A DNA stretch of 63,785 nt, counting the filler, from Octopus bimaculoides (Eukaryota): the NCBI RefSeq assembly GCF_001194135.2. It is 6 parts of 5 records of this genome, joined end to end, with 100 filler letters (N's around TTAATTAATTAA, not from the genome) between each part and the next. Parts side by side here need not be neighbours in the genome. Positions count along the whole stretch, not along the records: positions 37,481 to 61,636 come from NC_068985.1; 5 more parts are not named here. One strand, 5' to 3'. Every line of letters starts with the position of its first letter. The first letter of the stretch is position 1. Both the position numbers and the translations under genes were made by a program. The notes beneath the pieces are model-generated. The model ran no database searches. It was not told where the DNA came from and saw only the letters and a program-made list of their open reading frames with translations. Shown here piece by piece: positions 37,779 to 50,697 of this stretch.

Positions 37779-39595
37779 ATGGAAATGTATAAAATAGCTC
37801 CTACTCTGGGAAACTTTTTATATGTAAGTATGAGATCTTGGAGAACCACACTGACGTTGAACAATGACAATGAATCTCTAACTGCTGGAGATGTAAGAAT
37901 TTTATGTGGCATTTTCCAGGGTGACTCACTATCACCACTCCTCTTCTATCTAGCCTTAATACCTCTCTCCAAATTGCTCAATGATGTACAGTATGGTTAT
38001 AAAATATTTGATAAAAATATAAATCATCTCCTTTACATGGATGATTTAAAGCTTCTTGCAAAGGACGACCAACAACTCAAAGGCCTACTAGCGATTGTTA
38101 AACAATTCAGTGATGACATCAGGATGCAATTTGGAAAAATGACAAAAACATCTAAAGTGAACCTTGACCAGCAAAATGTCATAAAAGAGTTAGAACCAAC
38201 GGAGAGCTACAAATACCTAGGGGTAATTGAAGGGGACAATATTAAGCATTCACTGATGAGGGTAACGATCAGAAGAGAATGTTATCGCAGGGTGAGAGCA
38301 ATGCTGAAGACAGAGCTAAACGCAAGAAACAGGATCGAAGAGATCAATGCTCTAGCCATACCAGTCGTGACTTACAGTTTCAATATCGTTAAATGGTCAA
38401 TTACTGAAATATGTAATGTTAACAGAGAAATACGAAAACTGTTGACGATGCATAGAATGCACCACCCTAAGGTAGATATAGAACGTCTTTATCTGCCGAG
38501 AAAAGAGGGAGGCCGTGGACTTCTACAGCTGGCATTAATAATGAAGGTAGCCACAATTGGCCTAGACACCTATCTGAAAAACTGTGAGGACTGGATGCTA
38601 AAATTTGTCTCAAAACAGGAAAGCAAGAAAGCATCTTACTCAGTAACAAAACAGGCAAAGGAATATCTAAGTGAATTCCAATTACAACAAATACAAGAAT
38701 TAGACGAACTAGAAACACCTTCAGAAAAAGCTAAGCGCTCGAAAACCCGTGCTAAAATTGCCTCCTTAGATATTATGACTGATAAATGGTATAGAAAACC
38801 TCTCAATGGCAAATACCCAAATAGAGCGAATAATGCAGATATTGACAAAGCCCTTACCCATCAATGGCTAATGGCCTCTGGCTTGAAATCAGAAACAGAG
38901 GGGTTTATCATAGCAGCCCAAGATCAATGCCTACCTACAAAGTACTACCAGGCCAACATATTAAAGAACGGCATCTCCCCATTATGTCGTATATGCCAAC
39001 AGCAAAATGAGACCATCGATCATGTTGTCTCCATGTGCAGTTTGCTTGCGCCAACAGTGTATCTCAACAGGCATGATAGAGCTGCACAATATNNNNNNNN
39101 NNNNNNNNNNNNNNNNNNNNNNNNNNNNNNNNNNNNNNNNNNNNNNNNNNNNNNNNNNNNNNNNNNNNNNNNNNNNNNNNNNNNNNNNNNNNNNNNNNNN
39201 NNNNNNNNNNNNNNNNNNNNNNNNNNNNNNNNNNNNNNNNNNNNNNNNNNNNNNNNNNNNNNNNNNNNNNNNNNNNNNNNNNNNNNNNNNNNNNNNNNNN
39301 NNNNNNNNNNNNNNNNNNNNNNNNNNNNNNNNNNNNNNNNNNNNNNNNNNNNNNNNNNNNNNNNNNNNNNNNNNNNNNNNNNNNNNNNNNNNNNNNNNNN
39401 NNNATATCCTACGTAAAATACTGTCTATGTGATCTCAAATTTTAAAACATTATCTAGAACAACAATGTACAAATCCAAATATATGGTACCCTAGGCATAA
39501 CACCTACATGAACTTCTAACTTGTTGTCTCTTGAGGTCTCTGGGTTAGACTTGGATCCAACTTGTACAAATGCAAAGCAAAAGTCAAACATAAAA
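37779..39595 (+). mobile_element. R4/Dong-like LINE family E, 5'-truncated, open RT-thumb-zinc knuckle frame (RLE region in a gap)
   Basis: GIFQGDSLSPLLF, HLLYMDDLKL, YKYLG, RLYLPRKEGGRGL, IIAAQDQ, the CCHC knuckle CRICQQQNETIDHVVSMC, and RHD. After the gap: ILRKILSM*, 3' UTR and TAA tail. Starts directly after (TAA)n. Confidence 0.95.
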
Positions 39596-39611
39596 TAATA
39601 ATAATAACAAA

Positions 39612-40297
39612 GAATGCATGGTCAATTTCATAGGGATGTTGAAGATAAGACAGACAGAGAGAGAAGATGGCTGTGGATGACTAAAACTGATTTAAAACCG
39701 GAAACGGAGGCTCTAATCTGTGCTGCCCAAGAGCAACCACTAAGAACAAACTACATAAAATACAGAATAGGCAGCACATCAGTTAGTGATAAGTACAGAA
39801 TCTATGGACAAAACTGTGAAACCGTATTGTATATTACCAGCCAATGTATGCCACCACCCCAGAAGGAATATAAGAGACGCCACGACAATATAGCCACGCT
39901 TGTCCATTGGACAATTTGCTACAAGTATGGACTTGGCAGAGCAAAATATTGGTACGACCACAAACATGAAGGCATTGTCGAAAATAGAAATGCAAAGGTC
40001 CTATGGGATTTTATGATTCAGTGCGACCATGTGATTGAAAATAGGAAGCCGGACATAGTCTTAATTGAGAAAAAAAAAACTATGCTGGACCATAGATGTA
40101 GCATGTCCAGCTGACAACAAGGCATGCGATAAGGAAGAAAGAAAAGACGAGAGATATGTCAGGTTAGCTTAGGAAGCTAAGCAGTTGTGGTCGATGAAAG
40201 AATTAGCAGTAGTACAAAAATTGTCGGAGCCCAGGTAACAGAAAGCAAAAATCTCGAGAAGTACGTGGAATAAATAGGGGCTGTAATAAGGACAGTA
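39612..40297 (+). mobile_element. R4/Dong-like LINE fragment, family F
   Basis: MHGQF...ETEALICAAQEQ...KRRHDNIATLVHW...VLWDFMIQCDHVIENRKPDIV. Confidence 0.9.
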
Positions 40298-40406
40298 ATG
40301 CTTGTGCCTGGTGTCGCCTTATCAGACGGGTAGTCATGATGGGTATACTGGGCCTCGTATATTTTACCCCAATGTCACTTTGATGTCATGCACTGTTCTC
40401 TCACTC
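40298..40406 (+). mobile_element. 3' 109 bp of the non-coding TAA-flanked element, fused to the family F fragment
   Basis: Aligns to 40918-41026 (GTGCCTGGTGT...CTTATCAGACGGGTAGTCATGATGGGT...TCACTCAATAAT). Confidence 0.85.
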
Positions 40407-40413
40407 AATAATG

Positions 40414-40469
<56 letters not shown>

Positions 40470-40470
<1 letters not shown>

Positions 40471-41026
40471 TGCCCGGATGCAGTACCAGGCAGTGACTCT
40501 CATGGCTTCTGATCTTAATTGATTGGAAGTGTTATCATGTACATTGTTTTGTCTTGGTGTAAAAGATGGGCTACAGCATATATTCTGCTCAATACCACAG
40601 ATTTGCTTGTCAGTTGTTTGATCTTAACCAGTTGAGCATGTCCCTCGATGGCTGACGATACGTGCATCTCTGATCATGTGCAGAAGTAGTGGGAGAGCAT
40701 CATAGCCATGTGTTGAGAGGAATTCTTTGGGGTTTGAATAATTCACCTTTGGAAACATGGGTGTTTTGCTCAACATCCTTAAACAAGCCTTATTCAGGGA
40801 CCTTTTGAGCGGAATGGGCTACTCGACCTGAAGAAAATTCTAACTGTGCTCCACTTGCAAGGTCATGCGCTGTTTATCTGGATATGAGATCACCATGTCG
40901 CGCACATATGGTTGTGATGCATGTGCCTGGTGTACCCTTATCAGACGGGTAGTCATGATGGGTGTAATGGGCTTCGTATATTTGTACCCCAGTGTCACTT
41001 TGATGGCATTCACTGCTCCCTCACTC
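40470..41026 (+). mobile_element. Non-coding 557-bp (TAA)n-flanked element, probably a non-autonomous retroelement
   Basis: Bounded by (TAA)n on both sides, with no protein motif and a 3' hairpin just before the TAA tail. A second partial copy lies 170 bp upstream. Confidence 0.7.
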
Positions 41027-41306
41027 AATAATAATAATAATAATAATAAATAGTATAATTCTAGAGGCATGTTGTGAATAAACAAGTATCTAGAATGAAC
41101 GATTACGAAATAACAATCCCATTGAAAGAATACTAAGTGTAGCCACTACGATCAGCTGACATACCCGAATAAATAAATTAATAATTGTATTAAGTAATTA
41201 TAGGGTAGAGAGATCAAATTCATAGCAGAAACACATACACACACACACGAGCGCACAGAGACACAGACACACACACTCACACTCACGCACACGCACAGGC
41301 ACACAG

Positions 41307-41339
<33 letters not shown>

Positions 41340-44300
41340 TTTATATATGTGTGTGCGTAAGTCTGTGTAAGTGTATAGATGTAAAAATGATATGTGAGGG
41401 TATGTGTGTATGTACAGATACATTTAGTAATTTTAATATTGTTTTCTTTATTAAAAAAAATTATATATATGTAAACTCTCTATAATGAAATTAAATTAAT
41501 CAAATATACGTAGGCACAAATCTTAAGGTGAAATATACAGTCACCATTTGAAAGAAACCACTGGTTAAAATCTAACCCTGTACATACCCCTATTAAAATG
41601 GATAGAATTAGTAAGAGAACATTTATTAACCCTAAAAACCTTCAAAGACTAATAAACCTAGAAAATATATATATATATTCATATGAAAATTCTCAACATT
41701 TAATTATAAAATTTGAAATATAGAAATAAGATAGTTAGATTTGGATGCTAAAAAATATATAAATACATTTATTGTAAAGTTTTCCGTTGGCAAGTAGGTA
41801 GCGAGTTAAATAACATCCAAGCTCTAAAATCCAACATATTTTAGTGGGAATAACAGTATTGACCTAAATTCCCCAACATGGCAAGTAGCCAGTGTCCTGC
41901 TACGGTCAAACTTCAAATTTTGGCTATTTTTAGAACATAATTCCAAAGACAAATTAGCTGACGCACACACATACAAAGAGAAAGAAAACATATAGGGCAA
42001 TTAAGCTTAAAGGCAAAAATGCTAATGCACCTTAAAAAAAAAAATCATGCTGCTATCTGAGGTTATATAGAACATTCAATCTATTAGGATGTAAAGATCT
42101 ATGTCAATTTTAGCCCTGAAGAGATCTCTGCCTTTTGAATTCATATTGCAATTGTTAATTGTAAAATAAATGGAGGTGATTATTGAAACGATCGTAGGCC
42201 TCATGTAATCAACTGTAATGCAAATGAATTGATTTTGCTGTATTCAAACTCTCTATTTTCTTTATATTATACATATATATATATATATGCTATATCTGTT
42301 TTCTGGAATTAGTAAATATATTATTCGCAGATTAATTTGTGTTGTCATTTTTCATTGCTTAATTCGTAATTTTTCTCTCACTATTATTTGTTTCAATCAT
42401 TGAGATAAATATATTTTATTATGCTTGACCGGAAAAACCTCGTCACTCCCTGTATCTTATCAGTTACATGCATTGCTCTGAAGTAATGCGGGCAAATACG
42501 TAACTGGAATTAAAACGCTGCAGAGCAGATGATAAACCAAATACAGTTGTTGACGTCAAAATATAAGCATTTAAGGAAGGTTTGCAAAGTAGGTTTTCTG
42601 CCATGATGCAATATGAGTGGAAATATGGAATTTCGGCTGTAACAATAGAAACGGCAATACAGTTTCTATAAATGCAACATGAATTCTAACTGAACGTTCG
42701 GTATATTTAATAAATCAACTATTGCTGCTGGGAACATTTCAGTAAAAAAGTTTCGTAAACGATTCATAATATATTAAATTACACCTGTTATGTTGAGCAT
42801 GGTTGAATACTCTAATTGCTTTTTCAGGGTAATTATATTCCTGGTTGCATTCAGTATCATTTGTTGACAAATAATGTCAACGGAAATGAAAACAATGTAG
42901 GTTGCACCAGTACAATTATGAAAGAGCATGTGAAAGTGTCATCATAACTGTTCACTCGTCTTTAACCTTCCACAGATGATACTCTCTCGTTTAAAAATAA
43001 AGAATACATTAGAAAACATATTTTGATAGCTACTAATCCCAAAATATTATGGCCCCAGTAAGAAGTCTGTTGATGACATGTCTATTCAAATAGTGTTGTT
43101 TTGTGGTTATAGATAGCAATAATTATGTATATATGAGGAAAGGTGATGAAAAAGATGTAAATCCCAAATTAGAGCTATATGTATGTTATGCTCAAGGATA
43201 AAAATAAAATAATCAGATGGCCCATGGAAAAGCTCCAATGTAATCATATTGAAACGACGTGACATTTAAAGACATTATCACACATTTTAATGTGCACTAG
43301 TTTTGAGTTTCGACTATTCATATACATATTTATTGTTTTAGGAGTAAAGGGACACAAACTGCGATATTTCCACGTACCAGCACTTTACCTTATCTATACA
43401 AGTAGTTACAATTTTCAAAAAGATAGCAATGATGTGTCTTCCTGAAAAGAAATAACAGCTAGAAGCATGATACGAAAAGTAACGGATATTTTATGCATAA
43501 ATGCATATTAATACATGATCCTTGGTTAATGATTGTGTGGAATGCATGTATTCCTGCGAGATTTGCAGCATTGCATAGAGTTAGGTATATTTTATATTAC
43601 TTTTAACAGTCAAATTATTGTATATTATTAATTATTTAGATCACTACATCCGAAACTTTAATATGCGTACGTGTATATGTATATAGAAATATGAATATGA
43701 TATTCACTAGCATTTCCTTTACTTCTGGAGTAGGATTTAATATAATCGAATGAATTCATGCATTTTAATGTTCAGTTAGCTATCTTGGCAACGTGGCGAT
43801 AATTAAAAATTTAACACTTGCTCCGCGGAAACTAAAATGAAATCACCCCAACATATTATATTATTGCATGTAGAGGATTAAAATACCTTGATTACTCATT
43901 GCTGGTCGAGCATTGATGAAATGAAATAATTACCATGGTGGTCCCATATAGAAATTGTAAGTTTTAATATTATTTAAAATTTATGGCCAAGCATGGACGT
44001 GCGACTGATCAGTCTGGCGAAAAGTGTAATACAAGAAATCGATGAAAATGGATTTTGGATATTATATTTCAAACTTCCTAAGTGAAATTAGTTTTGCACG
44101 AAAATGATATATAGGGTGGTTGTTAGAATGAATGTAAAATTCAAATTACATACACGCTCGCACACATAAATGTACAAATATACATATAATTATCTAACGT
44201 TTATATATGTCTGTATGAACGTACGTCTATATATGGTTGTAGCTATGACTTTGAATGTAATGGTGAAGTAGATTTTCACTACTTCATATCTACTTTTTAT

Positions 44301-46133
44301 GACATCTTTTTCTGAGAATTACAATATCTGGCCTAACAAATTTGATGTGTTTTAGAATTTTGTCGCGCTATAAGAAAATGTTTATCAGTATGTAAATTTC
44401 AATTCAATATAAGTTCCTGTAATATTGAAAGAGATACATAAGTGCTTAAAATACTTCGTAAAGCACAGGGTTATTTTTTTCATAATGTAATTTTTACAGA
44501 ATTTTTTTACGGTTTGATGTTCAGCATAAAGGTTTACTGTTCTTCTAAAATAATATGCTATGTAAACACAAATAATGCCGTGAACCAGGAGCCTTCTTAA
44601 TGAAATTATTTGGCAGAATGACAAATTCAATATGTAGGCACTTCTCAAGGAAATCAAACCATAAAGAATAACCAGGAGCTAGAATAGAAGATTATCTTAT
44701 AGTAACTTTGAACTGCAGTGCAACGAACCATTCACTAAACAAACCCTCTATAACACATTTTTTTTTCCTTAGTTTTCCTGTAACAGGCTGATTTAGTTAA
44801 GAGATGGCTTTCATCTCAGTTGAAGTATTAGAATAAGTAAATATTTGCTTGTAACCTATGAGGCGAAATATTGCAGCTATATATATTGTTGTTGGTACTT
44901 TTGTTGCTATAGCTGTTGGTAATTTTTATGTGATATTTTATAATACTATTAGTGCAATCAGTGATGACTCTACTCTAGAAGATATCGTCAGCACTAGTGT
45001 TCGTATCACAGACGCACGTGCGCACATAGACACACAGACATACAAGCACACACATACATATAGAAAAAGAGATGATTATAAAAAATGAGAAAATATTCAT
45101 TATTCAAATGTGACATAAACTAAATATTTTCGTGATCAGCTGCTTTTGTATACCGAGTTGGTCAGCAGGGTTGTAGCAAGGCAATAAACCAGCTACCCTT
45201 GAATCCCTGAGGCATATTAATAAATGGAGACGGATTGTTCTCAGGAAGGTTTCCTAGAGGTGTTGAAGACTTTGTTGAGGATGTGCGACATGTAAGAGAG
45301 AGATAGATATAGGTGTATACAGAAAGGAATATGGAGACGTATATTAAAATGTTAAACTGACTTCAATTGAACACGGTTCTTAGCCGAGTTCATATTAATT
45401 TTAAAGGATATTTCACTTGTTCAGTCAATAGCAATTAGTGCACAAGAGTTTCATCGTTTTGACATTTCCTACGTTTTATCCCTCTCTCTCAGTATTTTTG
45501 GTGTCGGGTGACACAATGAAGAGTACGTACGTACGTACCAACGCTCATAGAGAAATACATACATACATTCGTACATAGGTACGGATGTATGGAAGCACGA
45601 ACATATATATTAACACAATGACATACATATATAAATATATATTACCAACATTTGTACTACTCGATTAGATGGTAGATGGGCTTCACAATATTGAAGTTAA
45701 AACCAGAAAGTAGTTAAATCATACCAGAAATCTGCATAACAACAACGATGGAAACCACCTCTACTAACCTCGAAAACAAAGCGGAAAAGGCACAAGATCG
45801 ATCAAGGAAAATCTAAATGTCGCATCAAATTCGATTAAAAACTTATGCTAACCTCCAAATGTCGAAGTCCGATCATACATGAAATAAATTTTATTATAAA
45901 AGCTCAAGGGGAGCTACACAGTAACTGATCCCAGTTTGATATACACCCAGAAAATTCACATAACGTTACAAAAAACAGGTCATTGACATATATAACTTGT
46001 ATACATATTAAGAAAATTTCATTCATATCTATGTTACAGACAGGTTCAGTGTGACTGTAGCAAAAACACGGTCATGCTTTTGTAATATACAAACAGTAAA
46101 TACCAGTAACTTACCTGATGCAATAAAGGGAGA

Positions 46134-46188
<55 letters not shown>

Positions 46189-46626
46189 GCGGATAAAATA
46201 CTTAGATATGATAATTGATACAGATTTTGTGGAATTAATTCTGATGATGCCACACTCATTATAAGTCATTGTCCTATAATGTCATCATGATATGACCTAT
46301 CCATGAGACATTACATCGCAGTTTGAATATTATATAATAAAATACATTGAAAATAAAATTCTGAGGATAGGTGTTTCGTATGTTACAGAAGTATGCATGG
46401 CACCTCGATTGCCATCGTCACTCCGAAACCCCATTATCCCTGACTCAAACATCTACCTTTCTGACGTTACTATTAATGCAGGTATATTGCACATCTTCTC
46501 TGCCCTAACCACACTATCCCAATTCTTTCTTCTCAGTAATTTCAGCCCATGAATTATCCATCCTCATCAGTATTTATCATCTGGTCGTAGATTTATAGAC
46601 AGTTAATCAAATACCAATCTTAAACT

Positions 46627-46671
46627 CACCACACACACACATACACACACACACACACAAACGCACACACA

Positions 46672-46756
<85 letters not shown>

Positions 46757-46757
46757 A
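46627..46757 (+). repeat. Long (CA)n microsatellite
   Basis: Direct reading. Representative of dozens of (CA)n, (TA)n, (GA)n, (TATC)n and (TATG)n tracts in the window. Confidence 0.95.
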
Positions 46758-49145
46758 CAGAGGCATAGAGAATAGAATGATTCATGGTACGTTAAAGAAT
46801 CCCAGTACACTTTTCAAATACCACAGAAACTCGTCGCAAGCTGCCAAAAATCCGTTGTAGGACGTAAATACATTGCAAAACTGAAGATATATGAATAATT
46901 TTTTTGTTGGTTCATAAAAAGAAGACATTATCTATTACCAGAAGTGTAGTGAACTGTTCAGAAATCCGAGACAACGGCAGGCTTTGAATGAAAGATTGAC
47001 TCCATTCCAATTCACTTACAGACTCTCCTATTCATTGCAAATACATAAAAATGTAACTCTTCTTATTTGCTCTTCTCTGAAATATAAGGGTGAACCTATC
47101 ATGAAAAAACTGTATGGAGTTTACCAGAAAAATGAAAACTATGAAAGACACTAGCAAAAATATATTCTGCAGCCGAATATAATTTTCTTTGACTGCTATT
47201 GATTTCTAGAGAAAAGAGATATATGACAATAGACGGCACACATAACATATTCTTAATTTATTTTTCAGTTATTTTTTTTTCATAATCTTTATTCATTCCT
47301 AACTTTCACTGCCTTTTTGTAGATTTTTTCGTATTCTTTTTTGTGTTTTGGCGGTTGATGTATTATTTTATTTATTTATTTTTTTCTGATATTGGAATGT
47401 TCCAATGGAAACGTTGAGAAAGAATTTATGGGACAGAACACATACACAAGCAGACATCTAAACTGCATATACACAAGCATACGTACGGAAACTGATATTT
47501 ATATATTCTTTCTCTTTCATATGTATGTGTGTCAGTGGGTGTGTGTGTGTATGTATGTGTGTGTGCAAGATATATGTATACATCTATACTCACACACAGA
47601 TAATACATGCTAAATGAATGCACACATGTACACATGCGCGCACATATTTCTGCACACAAGCATAGATTCTTGCATAAATATATGTGTCTGAATGCATATG
47701 ATCTTCATATACACACACGCACACACATACACGCGCACTCACACACACCCCACACACACACACATGGACGCTGAAAATTATTACTGACAATCATATACAT
47801 ATATGGATATATTTGTGCTGGTCCATATTTATGCATAAAAGTGTACATAGTTGTGCATACGTGTGCTTACATATGAATCTGTTTGTATTTGTGTGCGCGT
47901 GTGTCTTTGAGGTATTTTGTTAGTTTTTCATTTTGTTCACCATTGAAAATCAATGATGAAATCAGATATTTAAATGGGGTGTTACCATTGGAGTTTTCTG
48001 TATTACTATTGGGGTTTATTTTATTTCAATGATAGGAATGGTTGGGACTATAACACTAGATTCAGTGAAGCATAAATGAACCATAATGCTGCTGGCTGAA
48101 TAAGTTACGTTTGTTCTCTCTTACTATCTCACCTACTATATCTATTTTTTATGTTCTTCTCTGTCTCTCTTAGTGAAAGCAAGATATTAAGAAAGAAAGA
48201 GAGGGAGAAACAGACGAGAAATAGGAACTGAATTTCAAGCAAAATATATAATTTTTCTTCTTTTTGATACTATTGGACGGATATTTACTATTTTTGTGAA
48301 TTGTTCCCATGACAGTGTTATTACTTTGCCTGTGATATTTAGTGAAACAGAGCTTGAATGCATACACAAACACACATGCTCGCAGACAAAAGCACATATA
48401 AAAAAGATATAGATACGTACGTATGCACAGACACTATATATATATATATATATNNNNNNNNNNNNNNNNNNNNNNNNNNNNNNNNNNNNNNNNNNNNNNN
48501 NNNNNNNNNNNNNNNNNNNNNNNNNNNNNNNNNNNNNNNNNNNNNNNNNNNNNNNNNNNNNNNNNNNNNNNNNNNNNNNNNNNNNNNNNNNNNNNNNNNN
48601 NNNNNNNNNNNNNNNNNNNNNNNNNNNNNNNNNNNNNNNNNNNNNNNNNNNNNNNNNNNNNNNNNNNNNNNNNNNNNNNNNNNNNNNNNNNNNNNNNNNN
48701 NNNNNNNNNNNNNNNNNNNNNNNNNNNNNNNNNNNNNNNNNNNNNNNNNNNNNNNNNNNNNNNNNNNNNNNNNNNNNNNNNNNNNNNNNNNNNNNNNNNN
48801 NNNNNNNNNNNNNNNNNNNNNNNNNNNNNNNNNNNNNNNNNNNNNNNNNNNNNNNNNNNNNNNNNNNNNNNNNNNNNNNNNNNNNNNNNNNNNNNNNNNN
48901 NNNNNNNNNNNNNNNNNNNNNNNNNNNNNNNNNNNNNNNNNNNNNNNNNNNNNNNNNNNNNNNNNNNNNNNNNNNNNNNNNNNNNNNNNNNNNNNNNNNN
49001 NNNNNNNNNNNNNNNNNNNNNNNNNNNNNNNNNNNNNNNNNNNNNNNNNNNNNNNNNNNNNNNNNNNNNNNNNNNNNNNNNNNNNNNNNNNNNNNNNNNN
49101 NNNNNNNNNNNNNNNNNNATATATATATATATATATATATATATA

Positions 49146-49298
49146 CGATGGGCTTCTTTCAGTTTCCATCGACAAAATCAACTCAGAAGGCTTTGCACGA
49201 CCGGAGACTATAGTAGAAGATAGTGGCCCACAGTGCCACGCAGTGGGACTGAATCCAAAACTATGTTGTTGGGAAGCAAGCTTCTTACCACAGAGTCA
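49146..49298 (-). mobile_element. SINE family 1
   Basis: Homology to 1777-1935. Confidence 0.85.
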
Positions 49299-49583
49299 CA
49301 CGTTCGGAAAAAGATAGTGTGGAACTCGATTGATGAAAGAAAACTCCGAATGACACGTCCTTGTTTTTTCTTGTCCGTTTTTGTGTCATCTAAATGTCTG
49401 GAAGTTTTGTTGTTGCCAATTGCGTGCGCTGTTGTGTAAGTTCTCAATACAAACGCAGAATGAGATACTTTATTCAGTATAAACGCAGCACTCAATACAG
49501 AATAGCCGCTTATATTAATTAGAAATATCTATCTATTTCTCTCTCGCTCTATCTCTCTCAATCTACACACACACCCACACACA

Positions 49584-49624
<41 letters not shown>

Positions 49625-49650
49625 AGAAATGGATGCATGGCGTTCAATTA

Positions 49651-49726
<76 letters not shown>

Positions 49727-49739
49727 TGTGTGTGTGTGT

Positions 49740-50110
49740 GTACAGAATGTCACAAACTGTAAACGATATGAAGTACGGAAGCTAACGAGTAAAACGTGAG
49801 AAAAAATGGAAAACAGGAAACGGAAAAAGTAATACAAAGAACAACCCTTCATCAGTTGTCGACTTTATATCTACTCCTCATTCCGAGCATTCAACTACAA
49901 TATAAGTTTTCAAAGACAGTTGCTCCAATTAGTTTCAAAATAAAAATTGGGATATTTTGAGGGTCAAATTTGGTAACAAAAGCAGGATTATGTAGACATA
50001 CAAGGAAACCAAACGAAAACAAACATGGAGGGTCGTTAGATTAGAACGAGGGGAAAATAGTGAACGGTGGGAGAAATAGTTTCTTTGAAAAGAGAAGAGA
50101 TAGAAGAGGC
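49740..50110. repeat. Interspersed repeat family X, copy 2 (opposite orientation to copies 1 and 3)
   Basis: Reverse complement aligns with 50370-50697 and 31555-31706. Confidence 0.8.
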
Positions 50111-50369
50111 CCGGTGTTTGGGTATGTGTTATTTAATTGCATGCCATGCATCCATTTACCTGCAAGTTTAGCTTAACCTTTATGATGCGACTCTTCTCTA
50201 TACTGTTTTCTCGTCCAACCTCCACTAATTCCATTCTTCTCCCCTTTACAGTTTTCTATCTGTCTGTCTTTCTCTCACTCTTTCTCTTTTTCTCATTCCT
50301 GTTGTTCACACGTGACCATCGTGCATCTTTCTTTTCCTGCACAGCGTTCTAAGGACTGGAGTTCTATAG

Positions 50370-50697
50370 CTCTCTTCTATCTTTTCTCTTTTCAAAGAAA
50401 ATATTTCTCCCCGTCTTAACTATGCTTCCCTCGTTCTGGTTTAATGACCCTCTATGTGTGTTTTCGTTTGGTTTCCTTGTATTTCTCCACTGTCCTGTTT
50501 TTGTTCCCAACTTTGACTCTCCATAAATCCCAAATTTTCGTGGGGAATTTACCGGAGCAACTGTCTTCGAAGACTCATATTGTCGTTGAATGCTCGAAAT
50601 GAGGAGGAGATTGATAGCCGACAAATGATGTAGGGTCGTTCTTTGTGTTACTTCTTTTGTTTTCCATTTTTTCTCTCGTCGTTTCTGTATTTACTCG
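50370..50697. repeat. Interspersed repeat family X, copy 3
   Basis: GGAGCAACTGTCTTCGAAGAC...TTGAATGCTCG matches the reverse complement of CGAGCATTCAA...TTTTCAAAGACAGTTGCTCC. Confidence 0.8.

Noticed and set aside
40470-41026. 557-bp element as U2 snRNA or telomerase RNA
   Set aside because: Only 7-8 nt chance matches to U2, no Sm site context, and no CTAACCC template sequence.
47017-47078. Minus-strand segment with a strong donor (GTCT|GTAAGT) and acceptor
   Set aside because: All three frames contain stops, and nothing else supports a non-coding exon.
49840-49900. CTGATGA (minus strand) in family X as a hammerhead ribozyme
   Set aside because: None of the three copies has a GAAA correctly placed after a helix II, so the core cannot be closed.
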